A DNA stretch of 64,000 nucleotides. Source: Nitrospirales bacterium. Its GTDB lineage: Bacteria; Nitrospirota; Nitrospiria; Nitrospirales; UBA8639. Below, one piece after another: positions 35,536 through 50,800 of the stretch. The position numbers and the translations under genes were made by a program. Under the pieces are notes generated by a model. The model had not been told where the DNA came from. It made no database searches and was given only the letters and a program-made list of their open reading frames with translations. Numbering within the stretch: the first letter of the stretch is position 1; each line of letters opens with the position of its first letter. The DNA is taken from positions 512,001-576,000 of the forward strand of contig CBDBCZ010000017.1 in assembly GCA_965203295.1 (NCBI GenBank), in the 5' to 3' direction.

Positions 35536-38500
35536 ATGAAACTACAAGGCTTATTAATAACAGCTGTCTTATCAGCTTTGCTGATATTAATTTTTCTTGG
35601 CTTCACTTGGCTACCATCACTTCGTTCAAGAAGACCAATTCCAACGCAGGACGAATTTCATCTATCATACAAAGCAGGTATACAATTTATCGTTACAGTA
35701 TTGTGATGGAAATATTATGGCAAAGCTAGCTCGTATTATAGAGCTCTACAGACAGTGGCCTCAACAATATGGGGAGTCAATGTAAATTCATGATTGTCTT
35801 TGCTTGTATTGATTTTGTATGGTAAGGTATTATTATGCATGATTCTGGGAAGTCTAATAACAGAAACTGGTATTTGTGAGCTCGTCATAGCCCAGCTTTT
35901 TTTTCGCAAAAAAGCTGGGTAGAGAGCCTGGGAACAAGGCTAAGCTCTTCATATATGTTACTTTTGTTTCTGAGCATTATAGTATAGGTGTTTGTTTGTT
36001 TGTTGTTTTTTTTTTTTAACCATGCATGGCCGGGAAGTGTATACGATATCACCTCGGTGCAGTGATATACCGTAACATCACTGAATTATACATGCACTTG
36101 ATTGGACATGGTTCATATAATGCATAATTTTGATCCACCTGCTATTTCCTTAGCAACATGGTAAATGTAGTTTTATTGTTTTGTACACAAACACACATGA
36201 ATAAACACATCCTTCCTTAATTAGCTCTCCCATCAGAAAACACACTAAATTCATCCAATGGAAGCACACTGACCGTGAGTCAGACACTGGCCAACAACTC
36301 TACCTCTGCTCACAGCTTCAGAAATAAATTCAATATTCCTTTCATGGGAAACTACAACTGTAGTGATGACATTTGTTCTCAGTTTCTGACAGAATCTGCT
36401 AAAAAATACAGATGTGGAAATTACAATTTCAAGCTCCTTGTCGAAAAGCATCAAAGGATCAAAGGAAGCTGCCATTTCATGAATGGGTCTTATCGAGCGC
36501 CAGTTGGATTGATCAGCTTACCTGGCAGTGGCAACACATGGGTGAGAGGCCTACTGGAGCAAGCAACTGGCATATGTACAGGTGAGGCAGGGATATGGGA
36601 AGAGTAATTATTACAAACGGCCTGACATTCACATGAAAACTGTGAAGTGCATGCCTTACACACTCGGTGTTAACTTTAGAGGTTCCCCGCCCCCTCCAAC
36701 TCCCCTCTCCAAAATCATATACACATGTTCTTATTATTATAATTATTTAATAATACACTTGTGTGCTAAAAAGGTCCGAGTGTTGCTGAGCTGTGTGCAT
36801 GAACACAACTATTACATGCTTCCTGATTTATGGCTTCCAGGAAGCTGGGCCGCAATGTACAATAGACATGTTTGTTATTGCTACATGTTTACACACATGA
36901 TTGCTACCTCTGAATCAGCAACAAACCGGTGTGGGGTTACTACCTTGAGGCATAATCGTTTGTGTAGCCACGTGGCACGGGTCACTGGGTTAACAACTGA
37001 ACGTTGTCGATAGCGTAGTTAAGTGGAAGGCATGGAAAACTTGTCTACTGTCTAAACATGCCGTTTGTGTGGCACTGTAACTCATTTTGTGTGCTGCACA
37101 CTGATATTTGTAAGATCTTATACCTTATGCCACCATTAGTCTTGTGCCCAGACACCCACGCCTTAATTTCCGGCAAAGAGTGTCTGGTAACTTGATTTAA
37201 AATTCTTGTCACAGAGGCGTGTCTTACGAACGTGAGAGCGTTATTAATTGAAAGGTGTTTGCATGTCAAAAATGCAATGATCAACGTTCGTTGTTGTACT
37301 TTCTGTGAGAAGGCTAGGCCCTATACCTTCGTACAGTTAGCAACGTTCCTGAAGCTTTAGCTGGCAATAAGAGCGTGCTTAGCTACTCTGTGGTACATGT
37401 TCAGTTTTTACTGGACAACCCGGATTTTGAACTTGCCACTCTGGTTGCAGATGGTGCGGTACAGACTGCTGTAAATCCAAGTTGGATGACCGGAAAGTTG
37501 CGAGCAGTCGTTGTCTTCGACAATAGCCATAGCCAGTGCAGTGACAGCTTTGTTATTTGATTATACGCTGGATCGGGGATGTCATACACGTTTAATTACG
37601 TTTTCCACGATGTGATTCGTGCTTTGATAATCCAGATCACTGAGGTGTTAGAAACAAGAAATTCAAATCAAGCTACCAGACCGTCAAAGCGAGGGGGAGG
37701 AGCGACGGTCTTGGCACGAGACTATGCCACCATATGGTGCATGGCAATTGCAGTAAATGGGTTAATTAATTAACTTAACCCCTTCATCAGGTTCCTCCAA
37801 AAATGACCCCTGGCTCCGGGACCTGTATGGAGTGCTAGGTCTCTACTTCATATTCATGTGACAAAATTGATATGCTGTCTCATATTAGGCGCTGTATATT
37901 GTGATGGGGTACTGAAGATGGGTGGATTCACTGGAGAGGGGTTTCATAGTGGAGTAGTGCTTGCTGTGAAGGACCATAACCCACGTTTTGTGTGGAAGAA
38001 CGAACTACACCAAGGAGGGGTAAGTACATCAGAGTACATGCTGTGACTGTAGCAATGGTATAAGTTAGAATACCAAAATTACACTCACATACCTATATAC
38101 GTATAACTTCAGGAAGAGCAGCTTGCACAAAAGAACATCATGTTTTCACTGCATGTGCGAAGTGTTTTAGCAAAATGGCATGCATGATCAGAGTCTGAGG
38201 CCAACAATTTATTTAATTTAGTTCTCTGCCCACTGTCAGACCGGCCCGCCATGGGGTGCTGTCATTCTCATAATTAGAAATCCTCTGGATGCAATGGTAG
38301 CTGATTGGAAGAGAATAAAGGGTCACGGTCATGTTGCCGCTGTTGGCGCTGATCAGTTTGGTAAGCCATCTTGTATATGTACACTTTGTTATTTCATGCA
38401 ATATTATGGCTTAAACATAATTATATTGTGCTAGAGCACACAAGCTAGCAGTGTCATATCAATCCTTCTGTTCACATGGCATTGCATGATGCTGATGCTT

Positions 38501-39222
38501 GTGATGGAATAGCAAAATAATGACCCAAGGCCACCCTCAACGTTCTCATCATTTATTTATAGTTGATATAAACATTCACTAGCCAGATTGCAATTGAGGA
38601 AACCAAGACTGAGGTAAAAATATCCGTTTAGTACATGTTTTCTGATAATATTAATTCATAGTCATTACAAAAGTATTTCGGAATGCCATTATTTGTCAAA
38701 CTTGTAGAAAGCCTGCATTCCGTATTGCCTGTATTGCATAATTACATTCATGCATGCAAACAGTTTCTAGATAATACAGTTAGCTACAATACATTACCCC
38801 TTAATGATAACTTGCTATATAATATCATAACAACTAATATGTTGTCCACTGCAGGAACTAATGAGGCCTGGGGAAAGTATTCAAATAACAGTATTAAGCT
38901 ATGGAAGCGATATTTTGTATCTCTGGTACAAAGTGGGATTCAAGTGAACCGACCCTTTCTAATCACAAGATATGAAGACATCAAATCCAACCCACTTTCC
39001 GAAGTAAAGAAGATGATGAACTTTCTTAATGTTCCCGTTTCTGATCAGCTTCTGAAAACTAGAATGTCAACAGGTTATGAGAAGTTTCACCGGTCACACC
39101 CACAAGAATTCAAGTATTACACTCCTGAGCAAAAACTGCAGATGGTAGCAATTGTGAAGGAAGTTATAGATATGCTACAGAAAGAGTACAACAACACTTT
39201 TGGAATCACAGATTACATATAA
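35536..39222 (+). CDS. WSCD-type membrane sulfotransferase paralog 2 (~372 aa); exons 35536-35677, 36225-36581, 37889-38019, 38240-38360, 38855-39222
   Basis: Same exon structure and motifs as paralog 1, frame intact. Confidence 0.85.
37137..37724. mobile_element. AcademH-like non-autonomous element, 9-bp TSD TGCCACCAT
   Basis: TAGTCTTGTGCCCAGAC...GTCTTGGCACGAGACTA with perfect flanking 9-mer. Confidence 0.85.
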
Positions 39223-40636
39223 TATTTTACTCAGCCAGCTTATCACAGCAGTGTCACTCTTCACTGTAAATAGTTCAAATTGATATAATAGTCTGTAGCT
39301 ACACCCTGTCAATGAATTGTTCATCAATAAACTGTTCTAACACAATAGATAACTTGTAACTGGCCATATTATTTCAGTAACATAATTCAATCTGAATACA
39401 TTAGGCGTTAATATATAATCAGATAAAGTACATGAGTTTTATATATGGTGTGGGGTCCTGCCACTATGTCTCACTGTCTAGTAGTAGCAGACCCACTAAT
39501 CCATTCTGAGTTTTGAGCCTCTGCTCAAACGACCGCTAATACTCCCAACGGGTTCAACTACTGCAATTCTGATCTGCATAAACTCAACTCTGAACAAACA
39601 CACAGTACAAATATATTGGGGAATGAACAAAGACCTACTGACAAAGATGACATACTGAGCAACAAAAAACAACAAAAGGACAATACAACGCAGGGGGGCC
39701 CTAGACTGAACAAAGGTATAGTGTTAACAGTAACCTAATTGTCACTATACTACATATGGGCACATGCATAAATATGCCCTTGGCTGGGAAAGAGTTAATT
39801 AAGCAAATACCTGTGCATGTGTGATACAGGTTGGGTTAATTTTCACAAATTGGAGAGACAGATCAACAACTTCATTGTATGCCGCAAGCAACCAAATTTA
39901 TTATGTTATACATGTAGCCTTTATATACACTTTAAAAAAATAATGAAAAGGTCACGCAGATTAATATTCGAAGGTACATACTAGAAAGCAGGCTAACTAT
40001 TTTTTATTGACCTGCTGAAGTGCCTAGAAGCCAGCCACACAGACAGATGCTGATACTATTAGGCGGTTGACCAACTTTTTTGGTTCATAGGCTCTGCCCA
40101 TTTTCCTAGCTAGCTGCATAGGTTAGCCAGCTGTGTGAACAATTGTGGACATTCATACATGTAGGGAGTGCTTCAGTGGGTGGTTCTCAGTATTCAAGGA
40201 GTGAATGGAAAAATGCTATTATAGAATTACTGTGACTATTTTGAAGTTCGTAAGGCTCATCTTTTTTTTGGGGGGGGGGGGGGGGGGGGGGGGACAAAAG
40301 TGGGTGGCCAGATAATTCTTTTGAAAGGCAGAATAGCAAAAATGGGCCGGGATGGCTGGATACGTTCTGGCTGTTTGAAGCAGTCATAATTATAAAAAGG
40401 TTTTTGCCTGTCCACTGTAAGTATCAATGATGTCGGGTGGGTCTCTAGCAAATCTGATAATTTTTCATTTTAGTGAACAACCCGAAATTGCATTCTAATT
40501 TGTAGATATTTAGCAGAGGCGTGGTTATAGATACATAATTTTTGTCAATTTGGTGTAGACGTTCATGTGGACAACATAGCCATTCGCTTGATTTAGGAAT
40601 TGGAAGATCAGCGAAGTATCCCTGTATACATCAGTA

Positions 40637-40814
40637 CAGTGGAACCCCTCTATTGTGGACACCTTGGGGACCTGGTGAAGTGTCCTGTATATAGAGAGGT
40701 GTCCTCATTTCAGGGGTAATTTTACACTAAGAAAGCATATTTGGGACACACCAAAGTGTCCCTAATACAGAGGCGTCCTTATTTCAGGGGTGTCCTTTAA
40801 GAGGGGTTCCACTG
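40637..40814. mobile_element. Tc1/mariner-pogo-type MITE
   Basis: TA-CAGTGGAACCCCTC...GAGGGGTTCCACTG-TA. Confidence 0.88.
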
Positions 40815-40852
40815 TATTCAAATTATTATAATTAGCTACGTATAATTATTAA

Positions 40853-41776
40853 GGTAGGAAGAGCCTCACCTTCGAATCCGCGTGATTCTCCTCATGAATA
40901 ATTAATGAGATGACGTCACTCACGTGGCGCTAATTAGATTCATTGATATGTTTGCATTTTCCCATGGCGGCAACCGGAATCAACAGGAGGGGTGTGTCAC
41001 TTTGATGTGGATAGCGGCTCTTTCATATGCGATATCGGCACTTTGATGTGGTTGAGCGGTACTCTGATGTTGGCTTTCAACACTTTTTCTTTTTTTTTTT
41101 TTTTTTTAAAAAGAAGATATGACATTATAGAATTGTGAGTAGGCTTTTTATGTCAATAGCTGGCTAGTGTGTTGTAGAAAGTTTGTCAGGCTGCCCGAGT
41201 GGCTAGAAGTCAGCCAGACAGACGGATAGTGGCAGGTTGTTGCCCATCTCAGGTAGGCTAGAATAGTCACCTTTCGGGTCGGTAGGCCCCGCCCATTTTT
41301 TTTAAATTAGCTCGAATAGCTAGTTGTGTGAAAATCTGTGGAGATTTATAGGGAGAGCTTTGGTGGGTGGTTCTCAGAAACCGAGGGGTGAATGAAAAAT
41401 CGCATCCCTAATTTTTGTGGGAGTAGGTTGAAGTTTGTAATGCAGGGCTCGAATTCGTCGGGTGAGCGTGGGCGGTTGCCGAATTTTTTTTGAAAGTCAG
41501 GATAGCGAAAATGAGGGTTTTGGGGTGGTTGGATGCGTTCAGGGCTGTAAAACTGGCTTTGAAGCATTCCTGTGAAAAAGCATCCCTACGTTTGTAGCCT
41601 GTCCTCTGTAGGTACTGGTGTTGTTGCCAGACTGTGGGTGGGGCTCTAGCATTTTGTGGATTATTTAGCAGGAGGTGTGGTTAGATGCAAAATTTTTGTC
41701 AATTCGAGGTAGACTTTCATGCTATCAACAAAGCCGTCCATTTGAATTGTGGATTCCAGGTGAGGCTCTTCCTACC
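40853..41776. mobile_element. Kolobok-type non-autonomous element
   Basis: TTAA TSD, perfect 19-bp TIR GGTAGGAAGAGCCTCACCT; diverged partial relative at 40170-40620. Confidence 0.85.
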
Positions 41777-42573
41777 TTAAAGAGACTCTAACATTAATAA
41801 CTGAACCATGAAGAAGCCAGTATTCGCTAGAAAATCCAGTTTTACAACTGTATTCCAAAAAAAAAAATCGTACATATCCTGGAGCCAATGTCTGAGCAGC
41901 TGCATGGAAGCTACCGGTATTACTACTTGGTGAGTGGAAATATTTTCAATAATTTCCAGTTTACATACGCTGGTTTTTAGTTGCTGAGCACGTACAGAAC
42001 AGACAAGAGTGCCTGGTAACACCCTTCAGTCAGTGAAGTGGCATTATTTACTGAATCAGTTTCAAATTTGACCGCCAAAAAGCTATAGCTATGCACTGGC
42101 GCTTATGAGCGGCGAAGCTCCTGCTATGCAATGTTGGAGGTAAAGATCTAAACTTTATTTGTAGTATAGTCTGCAGACAACTATGCACAAGATTAACGGT
42201 CATCACAATACTGACTGTGCTAATACTCACTCTGCTTGGCCTCAAGCTCGTTTGGTTACCATCAATCCTGCTTCCCTCTAAGCGGAAGTGGGCTGGCCCG
42301 CGAGCTCGAGACTCGACTATACTAGCGTTAAAAGACTGTGACGTCATCGTAATGTGACGACATCTTGTGACTGGAATTATTAATGATTATGGCACCGCAA
42401 GAATTTAATACCAAGTAGGCTTCCGCAAAGTGGTTAGGGCCACGAGACTTGTGACGCCCCCATAATGATAGATATAGCCTGGAGATAGAAACTATCTTCT
42501 GCGCAGTTATATACATGGACGCTACCTATACTACTACTGTGTGAGTAAAAAATACTAAATACAATGCCAGTTG

Positions 42574-42948
42574 ATTATTACCCCGCGGCGCGTAGGCGGC
42601 GGCGGGGTTAAGCGATTGGTTCTGTCTGTCCGTCCGTTGTCTGTCCACTCAAAAATCGGGCTATCTCGCGATTTAGAGGGTTAAGCGATTGCTAAACACG
42701 ACAGTTGCATTGAAAGAATACGATGGGGGCCGGGCATATACGGACTCTGGTCACGTGTTCATATTGGCAATCTGTCACGCCCATCACTTCCCATAATTAG
42801 GATAATACAGAATGTGGATAATACAGAATGTGGATGCGCATACACGCGCGCTGTACACTCTGCGTTCGGATACACAGCCATCAGCCAAGTCTGCAGTCCC
42901 AATTGGGAATTCTGCAGCGCGGGTATGTCTCGCTAGAGACTTCTAGTT
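42574..42948 (+). mobile_element. Helentron-associated (HINE/DINE-1-like) element
   Basis: 5' TTATTACCCCGCG subTIR and hairpin, GTCTGTCC microsatellite, 3' CGCGGGTA subTIR, GTCTC..GAGAC stem-loop then TTCTAGTT. Confidence 0.75.
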
Positions 42949-42999
42949 TACTAGTGGCGATTGCCTTTAATGGGCGTGGCTAGGCGCTTGTAAAGCAAA

Positions 43000-43380
43000 G
43001 TTGTCTCATTTCCTAAACTGCCAGTCACGGCAAGGACAAGCGGGGTGAAAGAGGAGTGTTCGAGTCCATGTACCCATTGTTCATAAGCCCGTTTCTTCTC
43101 TCGCTCGTGTTTCTTGTAACGGGCTGAGTGTCATGTTCTTGTACGAAGGGGCACGAGGATTGAACACCCTCCCGTTGATGTAGGTTTTTTCAACCCCCCC
43201 CCCCCTCCCACACACACACTCCATTGGAAGCCTCACTCTGCCCTGAGCATTGACTGTAGTTAGCTCTTGAGGTAACACTGGCTGCAGCTTAGGTTCAACA
43301 CAGACATCTTCCGTGAGTAGAGCGCCGGTAAGGTCACGGATTTCGTTGTGCCTGAGTGTATGGGTGCACAAAGCAGCCAG
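43000..43380 (-). pseudogene. CRE-like non-LTR retrotransposon restriction-like endonuclease fragment
   Basis: RHNEIRDLT..DVCVEPKLQP..RVFNPRAPS then frameshifted HEREKKRAYEQ..EHSSFTPLV. Confidence 0.75.
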
Positions 43381-43737
43381 TACAGATTTCTACCTCTTGC
43401 GAGTCGTTATGGACTTATTTCGTCAGGACCTCAGGCCTACTTGCACCATAGATAGTAGTATATATAGAGTAGAAGGATTACCATCTATGCTTGCAGAAAC
43501 CTACAAAGAAAGGATGGCCCCAGTTATATTTGATGCCACCAACACCTACTTAACCCTGGTAGTTGTAAAGCTTACTTCCACCTTGCAGCTTAGCACCAAC
43601 AGCAATAGCTACCATCGAATTATGTTTGTACACTATGACAATGTTTTCGCACTTATCAGCTGGTTTACTACTGGTATAAAGCTACAACAATGTAATTCTA
43701 CTTTCTGTTTCATTTTTTTTCTAGCCATACAAAGCTG

Positions 43738-46405
43738 ATGAAACTAGTGGTCATCATATCAGCTGTGCTAATGCTCACTCTACTGGGCTCCGCATGGTTA
43801 CCATCAAGTGTACGACCAAATCCAAGCATAGCTCAACCAGCATCACATTCTAATGTAGCAGGTATGCTATGATGGGGATTTTCCAAATCATGCTCTTGCT
43901 TTTGAGCATCGTGTGTGTATATATAAACGTTTATTGTCCACCATAATTACACTACATATGCATGCATATCACAGGATATCCCAATTTAGGAACTCCTCTG
44001 TCCTTACCTCAAACATCCCTTCATTCACAAGTAACTAACACACAAATAAATGGAAGCACGCTGAGTCAGACACTAACCAACAACTCTACCACTGCTCACA
44101 TTCCTTTCATGGGGAACTACAACTGTAGTGATGACATTTGTTCTCAGTTTCTTTTTGAGTCGAATGTGAATTGGTATTGTAGACGACAACATAATATCAA
44201 CATTAAGGATATTGAAATGCTTGAAAGGATCAATGGAAGCTGCCATTTCATGAATGGGTCTCATCGAGCGCCAGTTGGATTGATCAGCTTACCTGGCAGT
44301 GGCAACACATGGGTGAGAGGCCTACTGGAGCAAGCAACTGGCATATGTACAGGTGAGGTAGGGAACGGTAGCACTACAGTGTCATGTACAGTAAGATACT
44401 GGGGAGGGGAGTGGGGGGATGAGACATATAAGCTACTGGTACATTGAATAGCAGTTAGGCTTTGACACTAATCATGAGGAAGTCATATACATGAATGATC
44501 AAGGTCAACTGTATAGTTGAACTATTTGTACTGCTTACTGCACAGGCATTCAGCTGTGCTATAACTCAGGCGAGGTAAAAAACACGGCAGAGCATTACAG
44601 CAGCCTGTTAATGATTTACTGTTTCCACAAGCTGCTACTACATCATCAGTTGGCAGTATATACATTAAACACTACTTAGGTTCTGTCTATTGTGAAAGTT
44701 CACTGAGGGAGGGTGGTTTTATTGGAGAGGGATTTCAGAGTGGAGTGGTGCTCGCTGTTAAGGATCACAATACGCCGATTGTGTGGAATACAAACTCACA
44801 GTACCAAGAGGGGGTGAGTATAATACATGTGATTAGTGCATGTTGCATGTAATAATACCAATGAGAACATTATCATGCACTTCAAAGGAAATGTTTGGGC
44901 ACCAGACTGACTATAAGTGTTCTCTTACTAGCTCACTATATATATTAACTGCCTCAATGTTTAGCCCTATAGTACGGTGTTGTGATGTGCATGGTGGGGG
45001 CACAATGAAGCTACAAATCTTTTGGAGTGAACTTGCTCTCTGCCCTCTGACAGACTGGCCCTCCATGGGGTAGTGTCATTCTCTTAATCAGGAACCCCCT
45101 GGATGCACTAGTAGCAGACTTTAACAGAGTAATGGCAAAAGGAAACAAACAGATTAAGGGATCCAGACATACTGCTTCTGTTAGCAGTGAGTATTTTGGT
45201 AAGCCGTACCTTGTACACTGTGAAATTACATGCAGAAGGCATTAATTAGTTTGGCGTGTAGCTGTATAATAATAAGTAATAAGTCCAGTTGGCAGCGCAT
45301 TGTGGGATTTAATTAGTGCGTGGGGACAATTAAGTAACGGTCTTCAGCGAGTACATTATCTGCCCGAGACTGTTACTTAATTGTCCGAGTGCACTAATCA
45401 GTCCTGTAATGCACTGCCAACTGGTAAATAAAGTATTTAGTGCTCTTACTGACCTGAGACAGCCACAGTTCTGCTGGGTGTTATTTAGAAGTGTCCATTA
45501 TCCAGATAATGCACACTTAATTGTGCATTAAGTGATTTAATGCACGGTCATGTGATTGATTTTGAGACTTCTGATTCGTCAGAGATCACTAGAATAGCAT
45601 TAATTAATAATTAAATTTTTTTGGCTAAATTATTAGGATATACATATATACAAGCTATGAGTGTATGATATACCTGCTGCACTCTGTACTGACAGCAGCT
45701 GGTATGCTGTAAAAATGCAAGGATTACTTCAACCCACCTCAACTGCAGCTTTTGCGTGTGCACATAGCTTATAAGTGTCATCCCTTGTGTGCATTAAATG
45801 ACATAATGCATATGAACCTCAACCAGATATAGTGATGAATGTGTGTCTGTATAAAGCTTGTAGCAGTACATAATATTATACGGGGTAACTACCCACTGAG
45901 CTTGCATATGGCTGAGTATGGTTTCCTACATAAGAAAGAACTCTGATTTTTTGTTCTTGCTATCTTTCACCTTTTTGAGGTCATGTTTAGTTAAGTAAGT
46001 TGTCCACTGCATGCAGGAACTAACGAGACATGGGGAAGTTTTATAAACAGCTCTCTTGATGTGTGGACGACATATTTTGTATCTCTGATACAAAATGGGA
46101 CTCGAATGAACCGACCCTTTCTAGTCATAAGGTACGAAGACATCAAATCCGACAAACTTTCCGAAGTAAAGAAGATGCTGAACTTTCTAAAGGTTCCTGT
46201 TTCCGATCAGCTTCTGGAAGCTAGAATGTCGATGGATTATGAAAAGTTTCACCGGACACGCACTAAAGAATTTGAGCATTATACGCCTGAGCAAAAACAG
46301 CAGGTGTTAGCAGTTGTGAAAGAGGTCATAAACATGCTTCAGGAAGAAAACAATGGTACTGGAAATACTTTCGGAATAATGGATTATATGAATGAAAATG
46401 CATAG
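43738..46405 (+). CDS. WSCD-type membrane sulfotransferase paralog 3 (~389 aa); exons 43738-43861, 43975-44352, 44680-44813, 45054-45198, 46017-46405
   Basis: Same motifs and intron phases as paralogs 1 and 2; more diverged. Confidence 0.85.
45262..45608. mobile_element. Foldback element (long 5' hairpin) in intron 4 of paralog 3
   Basis: CCAGTTGGCAG.GCATT..GACAATTAAGTAAC / GTTACTTAATTGTC..AATGCACTGCCAACTGG; same layout as the 638-bp element. Confidence 0.65.
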
Positions 46406-46456
46406 TATTCCACCGTATAAATTTTATGCAATCAGCATGATTATGTATGTTCAGAA

Positions 46457-46702
<246 letters not shown>

Positions 46703-47680
46703 GTATTTAACCTTTTTGATGGTCTATAACAATGGGGCTCAGCAATGTACACGTTGTGGTTGTGTAGTTGAGGAAGAGTCCTTTTCATTTAATGCACGGA
46801 GTTATGCAATTAATGGATAATGAACGTGACATCACATCTGGGGTACATTCCTGCGCCATGTTGGGGTACTTAGCTACTACATGTACAGTCAATGGGAAAT
46901 GAGGTCAAATTCGCCATGTTGTAACTGTGAGAAAACCTTGATGTAAAAACAAGTAAGTTTTAACCCAGTTGCAAAAGTTCTGGGATGCCACTCTTAGTCA
47001 ACAGATTGATGCATACGATAGAGTGTTGTTTGAAAGAACAAGTCGTCGAATAAACATGCAACTGACAGTTGAAAATACACTAGTACTGCAAAAATCAGTG
47101 GGTGTTTTAAAAACCTGTAGTTGCAGTCTAAAAACTGTACTAGTGGTTCACTTTACCACCCTATTTTTCCGATTTCAAAAGCCCATTAGGACAATAATTA
47201 TTTGTTATGAAAGCAATAGGTTAAAACATTATAGTACACATATACTATATTATCCATGGTAAAAGATACATCTTTTACCTATCTCTTTCTCCAGAAAAAG
47301 GAGTGTATTTTTAACCTATAGCTTACAAGCTAGGGAGGATATATCTTCATCTGTCAGTGGTATTCATGTCCGGTACTTTTGCTGGCTTAGATTTTTTTAC
47401 AGTATAATTATAATAGCTAATAGATTGTAGGGGCTACCGGTTGGATGAAGTGATGGGGAGAGATGGCATCCCACAACAGTCTACGTATATAAAAGAGACA
47501 TCACATTAATCACAGCAAAGAGAGGAAATGCGTTACACGAAAATTAGAAAATTATTTCATGCAGGTACTGGGCAGTATGAAAGTGTAGTTTTAGTTAATT
47601 GAAACTAAACACAAAAATGGCTTTAGTACGCGTGTTTTGGAAGCATTAATTACCATTAAAAATGACGCGATATGTTACAA

Positions 47681-47763
47681 ACACAGAGCTGATGCAGCTA
47701 ACACAGAGCTGATGCAGCTAACACAGAGCTGATGCAGCTAACACAGAGCTGATGCAGCTAACA
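47681..47763. repeat. 20-bp tandem repeat (ACACAGAGCTGATGCAGCTA)x4
   Basis: Direct inspection. Confidence 0.95.
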
Positions 47764-47875
47764 GTAAAAGTCTAGAGCTTAATATACTATTACAGACTGC
47801 TGTATGGTGATCTAGTAACTAATAAGCTGATAATTATAGGGGACAAAGTTGAATACAAAAAGGAGACTACACGAG

Positions 47876-50800
47876 CTATTCCATTTTAGCTGCAGTTGTG
47901 GTATGCCTACTTGCAGCACTGGTAGTCCTACTTCTACTAAACGAGGGACAGGAATTTTGCTCTAAAGACATGCAACTGTGATCTGTCAGAGAGCTGGCCG
48001 TCTGATCTGTCGTGGTATCATATTGATGACTGTTTTTCCTACTGACATCAACGTATTGATTGCTGTACTCACTGAGAACGTTAACGTACAAGTGCTCCCG
48101 ATCTCCTGGTACAGCTTCATGATTTTCTATGACTAAAGGTTCGAGGTTATCTTTCCCAGGATGCTGCATCTCTGTATAGTCATCGGTGGCTTCAGGTATA
48201 GGTGGATCATTACTTTCATTTTCTAACAAACGTACACTAGAACAGTCTTGTAGTTGTGAAATGATGGAATTTAAAAGCGATTCACTTCCAATGTTGTTGG
48301 AATCTGGAGGAAAATCGTACGGAGGACAATCTTCGTCTTGGGAGTAAAAGTCTGGTGGTAGGTCGTAAATGGAAGACCTGAGTCTGAGGCACGGCGGACT
48401 GGCATTAGCAGTCGCATCGGTGGGGAGGAATGCACAAATCGTTCGGACTATTTCAGAGAAATTGGGCCTTTCAGACGAAATATTACTCCAACAGAGGAGC
48501 ATTAAGTCATACCTACAAGGACCAAGAAGATTATACCTTTAATAGGCACAGAGTATAAGGTATATAAAAGCATGTAGAGTTTAACAGGGCCTTTGATTAT
48601 ATATATAATATATTGCCCAAAAACAGTGACTTACAGCATATGTATTGCAGTGCTGTATAGGTACATTCACCATAGAATGTCACATTTTATTGTATTATAG
48701 TTGCTATACTAAATTTTCACAAGTTTCCCTACATGTATAATGCTCCACTATGCAGAGTATAGAATGCCCTGCCATTTATTGTGTCAGAGCACAAGGCTTC
48801 ACGCACAACAAACAGATATGTATGCTGGTGATTCATAAGAACTGCCTGTAGCATGGCGGTATTAACGTTGTCTCACATTTCCTGACTGCAGAGCATAGGC
48901 ATCTTCAGTCTATATCCCTGCTCCAGGTATTCTCCCATCTCGTGGTTGGAAATGGTCGGATAGGGCGCTCTTCCGAGGCTAAAGACTTCCCAGCAAGTGA
49001 TACCAAATGACCACTAAATTCAAAGCAAAATACATGTATTTATATACATAATCCTCAATGCTATCTATAGGTACGTGCAAACTAAATATCCGTGCAGCTA
49101 AATGATATCACTGTACAGTGGGAATCGAAGTGATCTATAGCTAACCCAAAATTAAGTACTGGAAATTGCGAATGTACAAACATGCGTACCCTACGAGTAA
49201 ATGACCTAAAATTTGATTTTGAGCAGCTCCTGAAACGAACTTTAGTAGTATTCTTAAGTTTGGGAGGGGTAAGTTCCAATTTGTGGGTTAGACCACGCTG
49301 ATTCTCAGATATTAAATTATAGTGATATTTTCTTCAGTGTCTATATATATTCAAGATTATAGCCTGGGTGGGGCAGGTGGGAATACGTACCACATCTGTT
49401 TTCTCATTGCTAATCCTGTCGTGAAGGCTCTAGCCTAGGGAGGGGCAGGTGGGAATACGTACCACATCTGTTTTCTCATTGCTAATCCTGTCGTGGAGGC
49501 TCTAGCCTAGGGAGGGGCAAGTGGGAATACGTACCACATCTGTTTTCTCATTGCTAATCCTGTCGTGGAGGCTCTCTGGAGACATCCACTTGATGGGCAT
49601 CTTGCCAGCCTGTCTCATCCGATAGTAGTCTGTCTGGTAGATGTCCCTTGTGAGACCAAAGTCAGCCACCCGAACGCATAAGTCACCATCCACCCTACAC
49701 AAGTACCACATAAAAGTCAGCCCGGCCCACTATCATATGAAAATTTTATTGTGTATTGTTCTCATTACTGTACTACTACTGTTGTTTAGCAATAGCTACT
49801 ATCCAGCATGTTTGCCCTAAAAAGCCACTGGAAGCAACCTTTGAATGCTGGAATTTTTTTGTGGGAGTATAATCACAGACCCCCTCCCTCCAGGGTGACC
49901 AAAACATTTACGCACATGTCTGCCACTTCCACTGTGTGAAAGTCTGGATTGTATCACTTCACAAATAATTTGGCTTTTAGCTAGTTGTACTTGTATACGG
50001 AGGAATCTTCGAGAGACATTAGTTTATTACTGTGTCGGGGGATAGACCAATTGTGCTAGCCCCTCACTGCAGGAAGGCTCTACAATTAATCTCCGTGGCT
50101 CAATCACAATGCTCTACACACCCCTGGACCTCATATATAGCACCCTGCCATGCGAGAACATACTAAAGTTAATACTGACAACTCACATGCAGTTCCTAGC
50201 CGCTAAGTCTCGGTGAACAAACTTTCTAGATGCAAGGTATTCCATCCCACTAGCAATGTGATGGCAAATTTTCGTGAGCATTTCAGAGTCCAGTCCCTGT
50301 AGTGTGCAATTAAGTATCCACAGAAAGATTCCAATGATAGATCTAACTTGATTATTCCCCTGTAGCTATAATTTTGGCTACGTAATTGCTCAGAGTACAT
50401 GTAGTTAGCTAAGAAAGTAGGCTGCCATGCTAAGTTGATGAGAATACAAAAGGTAGAGCTGACAAGGGATACAAGAATTCGTTTGACTAGCAACTGAACA
50501 TAACATTATGATGATATATGTATTATAGGCTTAATCATGGTTGGCATGCTCTATGAGACGAAGGGCAAATAGAGCATGCCAGCCATGATCAAACCTACTT
50601 GGTACCTGGGTGGGGTAGAGGGTGTGGCCTAATACGATGGCTTGTGTGTCTATGTTCAGCGAGATATAAAGCTCAGAATATCTGTCTCTATGGTAACATG
50701 TACCAAATATATTATATAGCTATACAGGTAGAGCCCCACCCCAAAACAATAAACTTGCTCCTTACATGGACAATAAACCACAAATGTGCCATTAAGTGCA

